The translations under genes were made by a program, and so were the position numbers. From an uncultured virus (IMG/VR IMGVR_UViG_3300037296_000405) (lineage: Duplodnaviria; Heunggongvirae; Uroviricota; Caudoviricetes): a stretch of 64,000 bases of DNA. The number at the start of each line of letters is the position of its first letter. The stretch's first letter is position 1. A model generated the notes under the pieces. It did not search any database and was not told the DNA's origin. It worked only from the letters and a program-made list of their open reading frames with translations. The DNA is taken from the IMG/VR virus record IMGVR_UViG_3300037296_000405; one strand, 5' to 3'. Shown one piece after another: positions 1 to 9,099 of the stretch.

Positions 1-495
1 TTATATATAAAGGATAATGTCAAGAAAAGATATTATTGACTCTCTTAATTCATTATCTTTAATTTTAAAAATAGAAGGTTTTATCTTTAAGTAAAAATCA
101 GAATAATAACCAGTATTCCATACACTAGAATTATAATAATGGTTAATACTTATTAGATGAGATAAATTAGATTCTTTAATTATTTGATTTAGATTTGAAG
201 TTGAATGAAACATATTTGGTTCATCTGGTTTGAATAAAGATAGATTGATAGTACTTTTAGAACTTTCTTTTACCGAAAGTTTCATTAAAGCATTATTTGG
301 GAACTCTTGCATAAGAACTTTTTCAAACTCTGAGCTTTCCCAAGGTTGCCATAAATCTCTTAGAGTTTTTACCTTGTCTAGAGAATTAGATATTTCTCGA
401 GACAATTCTTCAGCAAATGGCTCTTTGTCTTTGCTTGATAGATACTTAGCCTCTTCCATATTTTTAATTATTTTCTTTAAATCATTTGTGTTCAC
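1..495 (-). CDS. hypothetical protein
   Basis: 164-aa ORF, GTG start, coupled to upstream ORF. Confidence 0.7.
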   Translation of the reverse strand: MNTNDLKKIIKNMEEAKYLSSKDKEPFAEELSREISNSLDKVKTLRDLWQPWESSEFEKVLMQEFPNNALMKLSVKESSKSTINLSLFKPDEPNMFHSTSNLNQIIKESNLSHLISINHYYNSSVWNTGYYSDFYLKIKPSIFKIKDNELRESIISFLDIILYI

Positions 496-501
496 GAATA
501 C

Positions 502-819
502 CTACTTAATTAATGTTAGTTTAGATTTTCTAAAATCTTTCTTTTTTTGTTTTCTTATTAATTGTTCATATTTTATAGTTTCTAAATCTGTGAAGTAAGA
601 TTTTAATCCTAAAGGAGTGTTAACTAGAGCTATTCCATCTAAGACAGAAATAGTGGTTTCTTTAGTTTCAGAATCATTAGGATTGTATTCAGACAATTCT
701 TGCATAGCCATCATATCCATAATAATATTAAAATCATCATTAGATAATGGAGTTAGTCCAGCCTCTATGTTTTCATCTTTACATTCTTCTTGCCATTGCT
801 CAAATTCTGAAGGTGTCAT
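502..819 (-). CDS. hypothetical protein
   Basis: 105 aa, AAGGA SD, TATAAT upstream. Confidence 0.75.
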   Translation of the reverse strand: MTPSEFEQWQEECKDENIEAGLTPLSNDDFNIIMDMMAMQELSEYNPNDSETKETTISVLDGIALVNTPLGLKSYFTDLETIKYEQLIRKQKKKDFRKSKLTLIK

Positions 820-895
820 ATTATTCCTTTTTGTTTATTTAAATTATTATAACATGATTAAATCTAATATAATACAACGCAATTTTCATGCCAAA

Positions 896-1093
896 CTAAT
901 TATTTTCGAGAATTTTAATAATTGATAGTATATCAGACATATTAAATTTATTATTCGACTTTCTTATTCTATTTTCGACGAGTTCATTAATTACATATAC
1001 TTTATTTCGAATTAAACTGTCTTTGTCTTCAATTGAAAATGATTTTATAAAGTGATTAAAGTGATTATTCGCTCTTTCTCTTTCATTTACCAT
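896..1093 (-). CDS. hypothetical protein
   Basis: 65 aa, AGGAG SD. Confidence 0.6.
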   Translation of the reverse strand: MVNERERANNHFNHFIKSFSIEDKDSLIRNKVYVINELVENRIRKSNNKFNMSDILSIIKILENN

Positions 1094-1101
1094 AAATACT
1101 C

Positions 1102-1392
1102 CTAAAAGTTTAATTGATATGAATATGTTACTTTTTGCTCAATGTAATTGATTTCAAATCTATTATTTTGGTCTAAATTAAAATCTATTCTTTGCTGAAT
1201 GCCTATGACAGCTAAAACAGATATTTCATCAGGAAGAATCTTTGTAATGTCTTTTCCAATATTCTCAACTTCTTTTTTAACATTCTTTCCTGCTTGAGTT
1301 TGAGCGAAAGCATTTATAACAGATTGTATTGGGTCTTTAGCAAATGCACAAGGAGATGCTATTAGTAAAACAATTAAAATTTTAAAAATCAT
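1102..1392 (-). CDS. hypothetical exported protein
   Basis: signal peptide ending AFA; TTGATC-17-TATAAT promoter. Confidence 0.7.
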   Translation of the reverse strand: MIFKILIVLLIASPCAFAKDPIQSVINAFAQTQAGKNVKKEVENIGKDITKILPDEISVLAVIGIQQRIDFNLDQNNRFEINYIEQKVTYSYQLNF

Positions 1393-1490
1393 AAATCCCC
1401 CTATCTAATTATAACATGAAATAAATAAGAGATCAATATTTTATTTATTTAATATCTTGTTTATTGGCATGTATATTGCTATAATAATAT

Positions 1491-2396
1491 ATGGAAAAAA
1501 TTAAGCCTTGGGAATATATTTATTATACAATAGGAAAAACAGAAATTATTGTTTCAGGACCTCCGAGAACTTCTCTCGGTAAAGAGATGCCTCAATCTCT
1601 AAAAGTTGATGCTATTCTAAGCCTCACAGAGGACTACATCCCCCCTTATTGGAAAGATGCTAAATATCAATGGAGTCCATGGGATGAGAGTTCAGAAGTA
1701 CCTAATAATTCCCTATTATCGAGTATGCTTATTTTACATGATTGGATAGATAAACAGAATTTAAATAGAATTGTTATTCACTGTCACGGAGGAACTCATA
1801 GAGCACCTACAATTTTAGGATTATACACACTCGCATATCATACAAAAGATTTTAGAAAAATTGCTAAGACAGCTAAAACCTATAACAATAATCCTACATA
1901 TAATTGGCAAAATCATCCTAATTTAAATTTCCACACATCTATTCGAAGTTTAGTTTTGGGAAAATTGTCAATGTTTCCTTATCTGAAAAAAAAGTTAAAA
2001 GGTATTGTTAATGGAGATTTTAATAGATTAGATTATTTAAATTCTGCAATTATAGATGAAGAAAATTTAAGTATTATTGAGAGAGAAGAATTAATTACAG
2101 AAAGGATAAGATTTAGTTTGTTAAGTGAGGCTAGCCAAAAACTTAATGATTATAAGTTAGTTAATAAAAATTTAACTCATGCAGATAATAAAGTAGATAC
2201 TTTTGTTTTGATGGAAAGCGATAATTACTTTCCTGAGAACTTTGTTTTTAACTTTAGAGAAAAGTGGGATAAGATTATTATAATTTCATCTAATTATAGT
2301 TTAATAGGAAAATATCTTCCTAAGCTTAAATTATTATATTCAAATGAAAAATTAAAGATTTATACATTGAAAAGGGATACAAAGAGTACCCCTTAG
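1491..2396 (+). CDS. protein-tyrosine/dual-specificity phosphatase family protein
   Basis: HCHGGTHR (HCx5R) motif; apparently leaderless. Confidence 0.75.
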   Translation: MEKIKPWEYIYYTIGKTEIIVSGPPRTSLGKEMPQSLKVDAILSLTEDYIPPYWKDAKYQWSPWDESSEVPNNSLLSSMLILHDWIDKQNLNRIVIHCHGGTHRAPTILGLYTLAYHTKDFRKIAKTAKTYNNNPTYNWQNHPNLNFHTSIRSLVLGKLSMFPYLKKKLKGIVNGDFNRLDYLNSAIIDEENLSIIEREELITERIRFSLLSEASQKLNDYKLVNKNLTHADNKVDTFVLMESDNYFPENFVFNFREKWDKIIIISSNYSLIGKYLPKLKLLYSNEKLKIYTLKRDTKSTP

Positions 2397-2402
2397 ATTT
2401 AA

Positions 2403-3002
2403 TTATTTCGCAAAACAATTTTGCCTATTTATATTTCTACAAGCTTCTTCAATAACAGGAATAGAATTTCTTGAGAATAGTTCAGTATCATAAGCGAGTT
2501 CCATATCAGAACTTGAAGAATAATTCCATTTGTCGGATACAGAATATCCTGAGTGCATAACGCTTAATTTCTGTAAATAAAATCCACTAGAATTACTTGA
2601 AAGTCTTTTAGAGAAAACTTTTTTATCATTGTGACCCCTATTTAAAGCACAGTGTCCAAGTTCATGATTTATTAATAATTGATGGTCAAGTTCTGTGTAG
2701 TAATAATATTCCCAAGCCTGTTTGTTTATTAAAATTTCTCTCCTACCATCTGACCAAGAGTAACAAACTCCAAGAGTTCCATTAGGAAGTTCATGAAAAT
2801 TAATAGGTATATCAGATACATTAATGTCTTTACCTAAAATATCTTTGTGTTTTTCTACAAAACTTTGAACAAATGAGTCGAAGAATGGGTCAGAAGATTC
2901 GTACTTTCTAGGGTCGGAATCATCCATCTGTTGAAAGTCTTTCATTAAGACCCCACAAGATGATGTTATTGTAGCTATTGTTAATAGAATAATAATTTTC
3001 AT
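2403..3002 (-). CDS. putative lipoprotein zinc metalloprotease
   Basis: lipobox-like TSSC; HELGHCALNRGH zincin motif. Confidence 0.75.
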   Translation of the reverse strand: MKIIILLTIATITSSCGVLMKDFQQMDDSDPRKYESSDPFFDSFVQSFVEKHKDILGKDINVSDIPINFHELPNGTLGVCYSWSDGRREILINKQAWEYYYYTELDHQLLINHELGHCALNRGHNDKKVFSKRLSSNSSGFYLQKLSVMHSGYSVSDKWNYSSSSDMELAYDTELFSRNSIPVIEEACRNINRQNCFAK

Positions 3003-3069
3003 AAAAATCTCCCTTAATTAATAATACAACAGTATAGATCAGATTACAAGGATTATTTTATAACGTAAG

Positions 3070-3246
3070 TTATTGAATTTTAATGGCTCTATCAAGAAAT
3101 ACAGTTGTTAATTTGCCTTTACTTTCACCTGTTCTTATTTCTCCAGACACAACATTTCCATTTCTAGTGGAAGGGTATAGTACAACTTCTTGTCCATCGA
3201 AGATATGGGTACTTTTAATTTGCATTAATTCTTTGTTGACTTTCAT
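3070..3246 (-). CDS. small hypothetical protein (58 aa, not in ORF track)
   Basis: MKVNKELMQ...RAIKIQ, AAGGA SD, in line with neighbours. Confidence 0.65.
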   Translation of the reverse strand: MKVNKELMQIKSTHIFDGQEVVLYPSTRNGNVVSGEIRTGESKGKLTTVFLDRAIKIQ

Positions 3247-3259
3247 TTTAAATCCTTAT

Positions 3260-4252
3260 TTAGCTATTAGTATTTATGTAATTATTATTTAAACTATACT
3301 TTAGTTGAAGTTTTTTATTATTTGGAAAAATATCTTTTTCAGAATAGTCTTTATTCAACCATTCGATAAAAGATTTATAAGAAAAGAAGCCAACCTTAGT
3401 GTACTTGAGACTTTCTTTGGTTTTAAATGAGTTAATACTTAAGACATACTTTACCTGTTTCATATTAAGATAAGGAAATCTCTCTAGTAAAAGAGTAACC
3501 GCAGATGTTATTATTGGAGTTGCTTGACTTGTTCCTGTCATTAAACAAGAGTACTTTGATGGTCCTTCACAAAAACTTGGAATCCTTGTACCGTAAGTTC
3601 CAATGAAAGTTGAACCAGAGTGGTTTGAGTCTGGATATATAGTATCTTTATCTACAAAATTTGCTACAGATATTATATTTAAAATATCTTTTTGTTTTGA
3701 GTAAGAAGCTGGGTAGAATACGTTTTTACTTTTATCAAGATTTTTAGAAGAGTTTCCCGCAGCGCAGACAAAGATAGCTCCATTGCGTTGACCTCTTTTT
3801 ATTGCGCGTAATTCTTTTGAGGAAGAGCCATCCCCACCCATTGATAAATTAATTACTCTTGAATTGTTATCTATGGCTTTATTCATTTGAAGAATAGTTT
3901 CTTTAACTTGTTCATCATCATAAATACTTTTATAAAAATTATAGTGAGATATGTTTTTACTGTTAGTCAATAAATATATTATTCCTTGAACATGAGCACC
4001 ATGACCACCACCCAAGAAAGATGCCTCTGCCCTCATGATTGAATGAGGCATAGATTCTATCATAGGTGCATTTTCATCTGTGTTTAGTCCAGAATCAATT
4101 ACAGCAATTTTAATGTCAATTTTCTTTTTTATCTTAAGATGAATATCTTGAGCTTTTATTTTATTTAAAAGTTCTTTTTTATAGCTATCTTCAGACTTAG
4201 CAAAAGACGATAATGTTATTACTAATAAGATGTGAATTATAATTATTTTCAT
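3260..4252 (-). CDS. secreted subtilisin-like serine protease (S8)
   Basis: IAVIDSG, HGAHVQG, AAGN, GTSQATP motifs; signal peptide. Confidence 0.9.
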   Translation of the reverse strand: MKIIIIHILLVITLSSFAKSEDSYKKELLNKIKAQDIHLKIKKKIDIKIAVIDSGLNTDENAPMIESMPHSIMRAEASFLGGGHGAHVQGIIYLLTNSKNISHYNFYKSIYDDEQVKETILQMNKAIDNNSRVINLSMGGDGSSSKELRAIKRGQRNGAIFVCAAGNSSKNLDKSKNVFYPASYSKQKDILNIISVANFVDKDTIYPDSNHSGSTFIGTYGTRIPSFCEGPSKYSCLMTGTSQATPIITSAVTLLLERFPYLNMKQVKYVLSINSFKTKESLKYTKVGFFSYKSFIEWLNKDYSEKDIFPNNKKLQLKYSLNNNYINTNS

Positions 4253-4287
4253 AATACCCCCTTTTAATTATTGTATTACAATAATGA

Positions 4288-4599
4288 TCATTTAGCAATA
4301 GTTTTTTTACATTCATTCCATATAGAATATGCTTTATCAGCTTTTGATATATCATACCACCAAGTTTTATTGATTATTACTGTAACTTTGTTTTTATTTA
4401 ATTTACAGTTTCCAAAAGAGGTGTCATTATGATAGAATCCAGATATTCCTCGGGAAGCTTTCTTGAAAGATACGTTCACTTTTTTATTTGATAATTCTTG
4501 TAGTTCTTTTGTTATGAGAGAAAATTCAGATTGCCCAAATGTTTGGTTTATTGAAAGTATTGCCATTGTCCATAGTATTAAAATTAGTAATGTTTTCAT
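4288..4599 (-). CDS. exported protein resembling a degenerate metalloprotease
   Basis: signal peptide; GxC...VIINKTWW resembles 2403..3002 but lacks HExxH. Confidence 0.55.
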   Translation of the reverse strand: MKTLLILILWTMAILSINQTFGQSEFSLITKELQELSNKKVNVSFKKASRGISGFYHNDTSFGNCKLNKNKVTVIINKTWWYDISKADKAYSIWNECKKTIAK

Positions 4600-4672
4600 T
4601 AAATCCCCTTCGATAATTCATTATACAGGATCTTTAATATAAAAGCAAGGTTTATTTATAATGTAAAAAAAG

Positions 4673-4695
4673 AAAAAAGCCCCAATTAAGGGGCT
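4673..4695 (-). terminator. Rho-independent terminator
   Basis: AGCCCC-6nt-GGGGCT followed by T-run on minus strand. Confidence 0.8.
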
Positions 4696-4739
4696 AATTT
4701 CGTACTGCTATTTTGTCGGGGGAGATTTGGTAGCAGTAC

Positions 4740-4907
4740 TTATTGTATATTATCTTTTAATTCTGGATTCAACTTGAAAGATTTTTCTTCTATCTCCGAA
4801 AATTCAAACTCTTTTTTCTTATTAATTAACCATTCACTGAATTCATCCATTTTTTTGTCAAGCCTGTCAAGTTCTCTATTGACTTCAGCTATTTCTTTTT
4901 TAATCAT
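4740..4907 (-). CDS. small coiled-coil hypothetical protein
   Basis: ATG at 4907 overlaps the stop of the upstream ORF. Confidence 0.6.
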   Translation of the reverse strand: MIKKEIAEVNRELDRLDKKMDEFSEWLINKKKEFEFSEIEEKSFKLNPELKDNIQ

Positions 4908-5088
4908 CTTTACTATTGAGTACTTTAATAGAAGACTCTCCAAATAAGCTAACAACAGAATTACTCATGTATTTATCTCTAAATTCTTTTTCGCTCATTC
5001 CCATTCTTTCTTTTTTTGCTTTAGCTTTTCCAAAATCTAGAATGTTAGACTCATTATCATCCTTTTTTAACTTAATAACTTTTGACAT
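4900..5088 (-). CDS. small hypothetical protein
   Basis: 62 aa, GGGAG SD, promoter upstream. Confidence 0.7.
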   Translation of the reverse strand: MSKVIKLKKDDNESNILDFGKAKAKKERMGMSEKEFRDKYMSNSVVSLFGESSIKVLNSKDD

Positions 5089-5138
5089 ATAATCTCCCTT
5101 TTTTATTAGTATACACTAAGTTTATAAAAAAACAAGCT

Positions 5139-5504
5139 TTATTTTACATAATTTAAATAATCTGCACAATAAACTTGAGAATGTAGTCCAAGAAGGTCAT
5201 GATACCTTATCAAACTTGTCCCATTATAATTAAATATAATTTTAGCTCCAGTTCTTAATGGAATATCCTCGAAGAAAAAAAGTTCATTTAGTGGTTCTTT
5301 AAATCTTCTTATTGTAAACAATCCATTAGAATATTTAATTACATGAATAAACGAAAGTGCTTTTATATATTTATTTTTTTTATATCTGAAACATTTTCCA
5401 ACATATCTATCTCCATCAACGATTTTGTTCTTTTTATTGTTTTCTTTATAAGAAGAACAAGATGAAGTAGATAGAATAACAATAAAAATAAAATACTTTA
5501 TCAT
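5139..5504 (-). CDS. putative lipoprotein
   Basis: hydrophobic N-terminus followed by SSC. Confidence 0.6.
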   Translation of the reverse strand: MIKYFIFIVILSTSSCSSYKENNKKNKIVDGDRYVGKCFRYKKNKYIKALSFIHVIKYSNGLFTIRRFKEPLNELFFFEDIPLRTGAKIIFNYNGTSLIRYHDLLGLHSQVYCADYLNYVK

Positions 5505-6084
5505 TTTTTAACCCTATCCAAAGTCTCATTTAGTATTTGAATTAAACGATTTTTAAATTCTGGTCTGTATTCTTCTTTTGAGAGAACTTTTTTTATTTCA
5601 TCTAAAATATTATGTTTAGCAATTGTTTTTTAATTTCTCTAATTTCTGATTCTAAAAGAGAAACACTCTCATGTAGTTCATTTAGTAGTTTACTTTTTTC
5701 ATTCCTGATTGAAGAGAAATCTCTACTAGACATTCTTGAGTATTGATATTCTAATGATTTTTCTTTTTCGTGAATAATCTGTTCCGAAACAAATTTTTCA
5801 ATTGAATCTAAATGAGGTTCAATTTTTTTTGCTAAGTAATAAATATCTTTGTTTAATTTATTTTTTTCGGTATCTAAACTTCCTTTTAAAGTGAGTTCAA
5901 GAACCTTTTCTTTTTTATCGAGAACAATACTGCATTTTTGAGAAATATCTTTTTTTAAAGTTTGTACAACTAATCCTATATTTTTTTTAATATAATTATA
6001 TTGATCTGGCAGTATGATATAACTCAATTTAATTGAATCTTTAATATATCTAATATTATGTATTCTCATTACTTTCCTTTTCAT
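5501..6084 (-). CDS. hypothetical protein, probably frameshifted at an A6 run
   Basis: track ORF ends at 5602; the alternative frame stays open to 5501 and overlaps the next ATG (ATGA). Confidence 0.55.
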
Positions 6085-6658
6085 CTTCTAGCTTAATTGT
6101 ATCACTATTAGAACTAATAAGCGTGTCTACATATTCAACAAAAGAAGAATTGTACATAAATTGATTTCTATTTTTTACATATGAGTATCTAATAAAAGGC
6201 TTATCAAATACAAATTTACAAATAGCAACCCATCTCTTCCAATACAAACTATCTTGTTTTGTACAATATAAAAATTCAATATCTGACAAATGAGAAATAA
6301 GTTGCCAGACTGTAGTTTTAGCTATAGATATTTCAACAGGAGTTAAAAACTCTTTTAATGATTTGTTATCACTATAATTACAATACAAATGCCTTTGACC
6401 TTTGTAAGTTAATTTGTCCCATAGTTCATCATATCTACGTCGGAGAGTGATATATGTTTGTTCATATTCCGCATTACTAAGTCTTTCTTGCTCTTTCCTA
6501 TTTGCTTGGGACTCTTTTTTCCATCTTAAGTAGATAATTATACCACTGGTAAGGCTAATGATAAGAGATAAAGAACCAAAAAGTATTGCAACTAAAGCCC
6601 CTGACCAATCTCCGTTATCTGGGTTAAATTTTAATGTGTTAGTTAAAAAATGTAACAT
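6056..6658 (-). CDS. single-pass membrane protein
   Basis: N-terminal hydrophobic helix; TTGATC-17-TATAAT promoter. Confidence 0.7.
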   Translation of the reverse strand: MLHFLTNTLKFNPDNGDWSGALVAILFGSLSLIISLTSGIIIYLRWKKESQANRKEQERLSNAEYEQTYITLRRRYDELWDKLTYKGQRHLYCNYSDNKSLKEFLTPVEISIAKTTVWQLISHLSDIEFLYCTKQDSLYWKRWVAICKFVFDKPFIRYSYVKNRNQFMYNSSFVEYVDTLISSNSDTIKLEDEKESNENT

Positions 6659-6699
6659 AAATCCCCCTTATATAAGATAATTATATCACAACGCAAGGA

Positions 6700-6882
6700 C
6701 TAGATCAATACCTTTTTTTTGGAAAAACAATCTTTTATATTAGCATATAATTCTACTTTTTTTATAAATACATCACCATTCTTAAGAATTACTTCTTTGT
6801 ATCTACCACTCTCCCAATAATAAACCGATAATCCATTTTTCCATAGATTTAAAGCTGAGCTGTAACTTATTATAACTTTCAT
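6700..6882 (-). CDS. hypothetical protein
   Basis: 60 aa, ATGA coupling. Confidence 0.6.
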   Translation of the reverse strand: MKVIISYSSALNLWKNGLSVYYWESGRYKEVILKNGDVFIKKVELYANIKDCFSKKKVLI

Positions 6883-7766
6883 TTGTAAGCATTCCTTTTT
6901 ATAGATATGGTTCCATTGTCTTTTAATTCTGCTTGACCAAAACCATGGATATGAATTGAGTTAGTCGAATCAAAAATTTTTGCTTTATTTGCCCAAATAT
7001 ATTTAGTTAAAGTACCTTTTTGTTTACTGGTTAGAATTCTTCCTTTAAAAAATAATGAGCTAGAAACTCGAATCCATCTCTTTTCGATTTCAGTAACATT
7101 AAATTCTTCTGAGAATAATTCTTGACTTAATTGTGTTAAAAAGCTTTGATGCCCTTCATAATTTACTTTAAAGAAAAATCCGTTTTCATCTATCCAACCA
7201 CATTCATTATTGATTTTACAATTATAATCTAATAGCTTTATTCTATTTTTATCAAAATCAGACAATTCAAATATTTTAGAATAATTTTCTAACTCGTTTT
7301 CCTTGTTAAAAAAATCTCTTTCATTTTTATTTTTAATGTAGATATTAGACTTACATTCTTGACATACTCCCAAAGGAATTTCTTCTCCCGCAATTAAATT
7401 ATTAGTATTTAAATTTTCTAAGTGTTCTTCTCTCCAAAGAGAGTTACATTCTGGACATTCTAAATCCAATCTATGAAATCTTTCTTTATTGTATTCTATA
7501 TTTTGTCGAGAAATATTTTTTTCTATTTGTTCTACTAGATTATCATTCTCACATTCTATTAATTCTAAGTTATTTAATCCAATAAATTCTTTAGTTCCCT
7601 TTAGAATATCTTTAAATAAAGGAACAAAGTCTTTCTTGTTAAAATCTTCATTAGGAACTAATGATTTAAGAATATTCCATGCGTGTGATATATTTGGGTC
7701 TAGAGCAGACTCTCTTATTCTCTTTGTGATATATTTGCCTTCAACTTTAAAATTTACTGTAGTCAT
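6879..7766 (-). CDS. hypothetical protein with zinc ribbon
   Basis: CPEC...CQEC. Confidence 0.7.
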   Translation of the reverse strand: MTTVNFKVEGKYITKRIRESALDPNISHAWNILKSLVPNEDFNKKDFVPLFKDILKGTKEFIGLNNLELIECENDNLVEQIEKNISRQNIEYNKERFHRLDLECPECNSLWREEHLENLNTNNLIAGEEIPLGVCQECKSNIYIKNKNERDFFNKENELENYSKIFELSDFDKNRIKLLDYNCKINNECGWIDENGFFFKVNYEGHQSFLTQLSQELFSEEFNVTEIEKRWIRVSSSLFFKGRILTSKQKGTLTKYIWANKAKIFDSTNSIHIHGFGQAELKDNGTISIKRNAYK

Positions 7767-7787
7767 AATAAAATCCTTTTAGCTTTA

Positions 7788-8423
7788 TTAGATTAAAGAT
7801 TTTTTCTTTTTTTTATCCAAAAGGTCTAGAGCTTTTTTTGATTCCATCATAACTCTAGCAATTTCACAGCAATAAGATATTTGATGTTTACAGTCGTCAA
7901 TCGCATAATGTTTAATCCCTATAAATGGAATAGTTTCTTTAGGGTTAATATCAAAAAATCTTTGACCGTATCCAATTAAAGACCTAACACAAGTAGGTTC
8001 CCTATAGCTCCATGCAGGTTCAATTCCAACAGCTAGATAAGCAGATTCTAACCATTTTATATCGCTTAATACTCCGTTACCATGGATTCTTATTTCATCA
8101 GCTTCATATTTATGTTTTAATGAGTTTATGTATTCATTGAAATTAACTAAACATTCTTTTAAATCAATTCCTTCTTGAATTGATTTTACTATAACCATTT
8201 CAATAGCTTCTTTTTCTTGAGTCATCCACCAAGATAAAGTATCTCCTTCAATATCTAAACCAAATTTAACACAGCTCATTGGCGTAATCATTTGATTAAA
8301 TTCATCTGGAAGAATTTCTCCAGTTTCTAGTTTGAATGGAACTGCCGCAATTTGAGTAATAGCAGGAGAGTTGTGTTTTCCTAAAGTTTCTAGGTCGGTC
8401 ATAATATCAATAATTTTAGTCAT
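7788..8423 (-). CDS. 3'-5' exo(ribo)nuclease, DEDDh (DUF5051-like)
   Basis: DIMTDLETLG, TLSWW, HYAIDDCKHQ. Confidence 0.85.
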   Translation of the reverse strand: MTKIIDIMTDLETLGKHNSPAITQIAAVPFKLETGEILPDEFNQMITPMSCVKFGLDIEGDTLSWWMTQEKEAIEMVIVKSIQEGIDLKECLVNFNEYINSLKHKYEADEIRIHGNGVLSDIKWLESAYLAVGIEPAWSYREPTCVRSLIGYGQRFFDINPKETIPFIGIKHYAIDDCKHQISYCCEIARVMMESKKALDLLDKKKKKSLI

Positions 8424-8509
8424 ATTTTCCTTTTTTATAATTATATCACTTAAAGGTCATAATTACAATAATTATTTCATATGTTTTTATTTATATTATA
8501 ATGAGATTA

Positions 8510-9079
8510 TTAGGCGATTTTTTGTTCTCTGATATAGTTTAAAGAACTATTTAAAAAAAGACTTTCACTATCGACTAGTGTTTTTAAAATAAAGAAAAAT
8601 TCTTTTTCACAAAAACCATATTTTCCTTTGGGAGAAACTAGATAAGTTTCAATCTGATATTCTTTTAAACATTCGTTATATCTTTCAAGTTGATTTGAAA
8701 TTTCACAATCTTTCCAATAACTTTCATCATGCTTAAGTTCTACAGGTAATAATAAGTCATATTCTGGTAAGGATATCATCATGTCAATTCTGTTTTTAAT
8801 ATTTCCAGCATTTCCAATAAGTACTTCTTCTTCAATTACAAACTGTATTTTTTTATCATTAAAAAAGTTTTCTAATTTTTCTTTAAAGCTTATTTGAAAA
8901 TTATTCTCTCTAAAATCGAAAGCCATTCCTTTAAATTTTGATTGAAATTCATTAAACAGTTTAGTATTATTTCTATAACACCATTTTCCTTCTTTTTGAC
9001 GACAAAACTTTCTCCAATTGCTATTGTATTTTTCATAAAAAGCTTTTAATAAATCTTCTTTACTGTAATATACTTTCAT
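8510..9079 (-). CDS. putative PD-(D/E)xK nuclease
   Basis: RIDMMI...PVELK...NQLERY. Confidence 0.6.
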   Translation of the reverse strand: MKVYYSKEDLLKAFYEKYNSNWRKFCRQKEGKWCYRNNTKLFNEFQSKFKGMAFDFRENNFQISFKEKLENFFNDKKIQFVIEEEVLIGNAGNIKNRIDMMISLPEYDLLLPVELKHDESYWKDCEISNQLERYNECLKEYQIETYLVSPKGKYGFCEKEFFFILKTLVDSESLFLNSSLNYIREQKIA

Positions 9080-9099
9080 ATCTTTTTTCCTATTAATAA

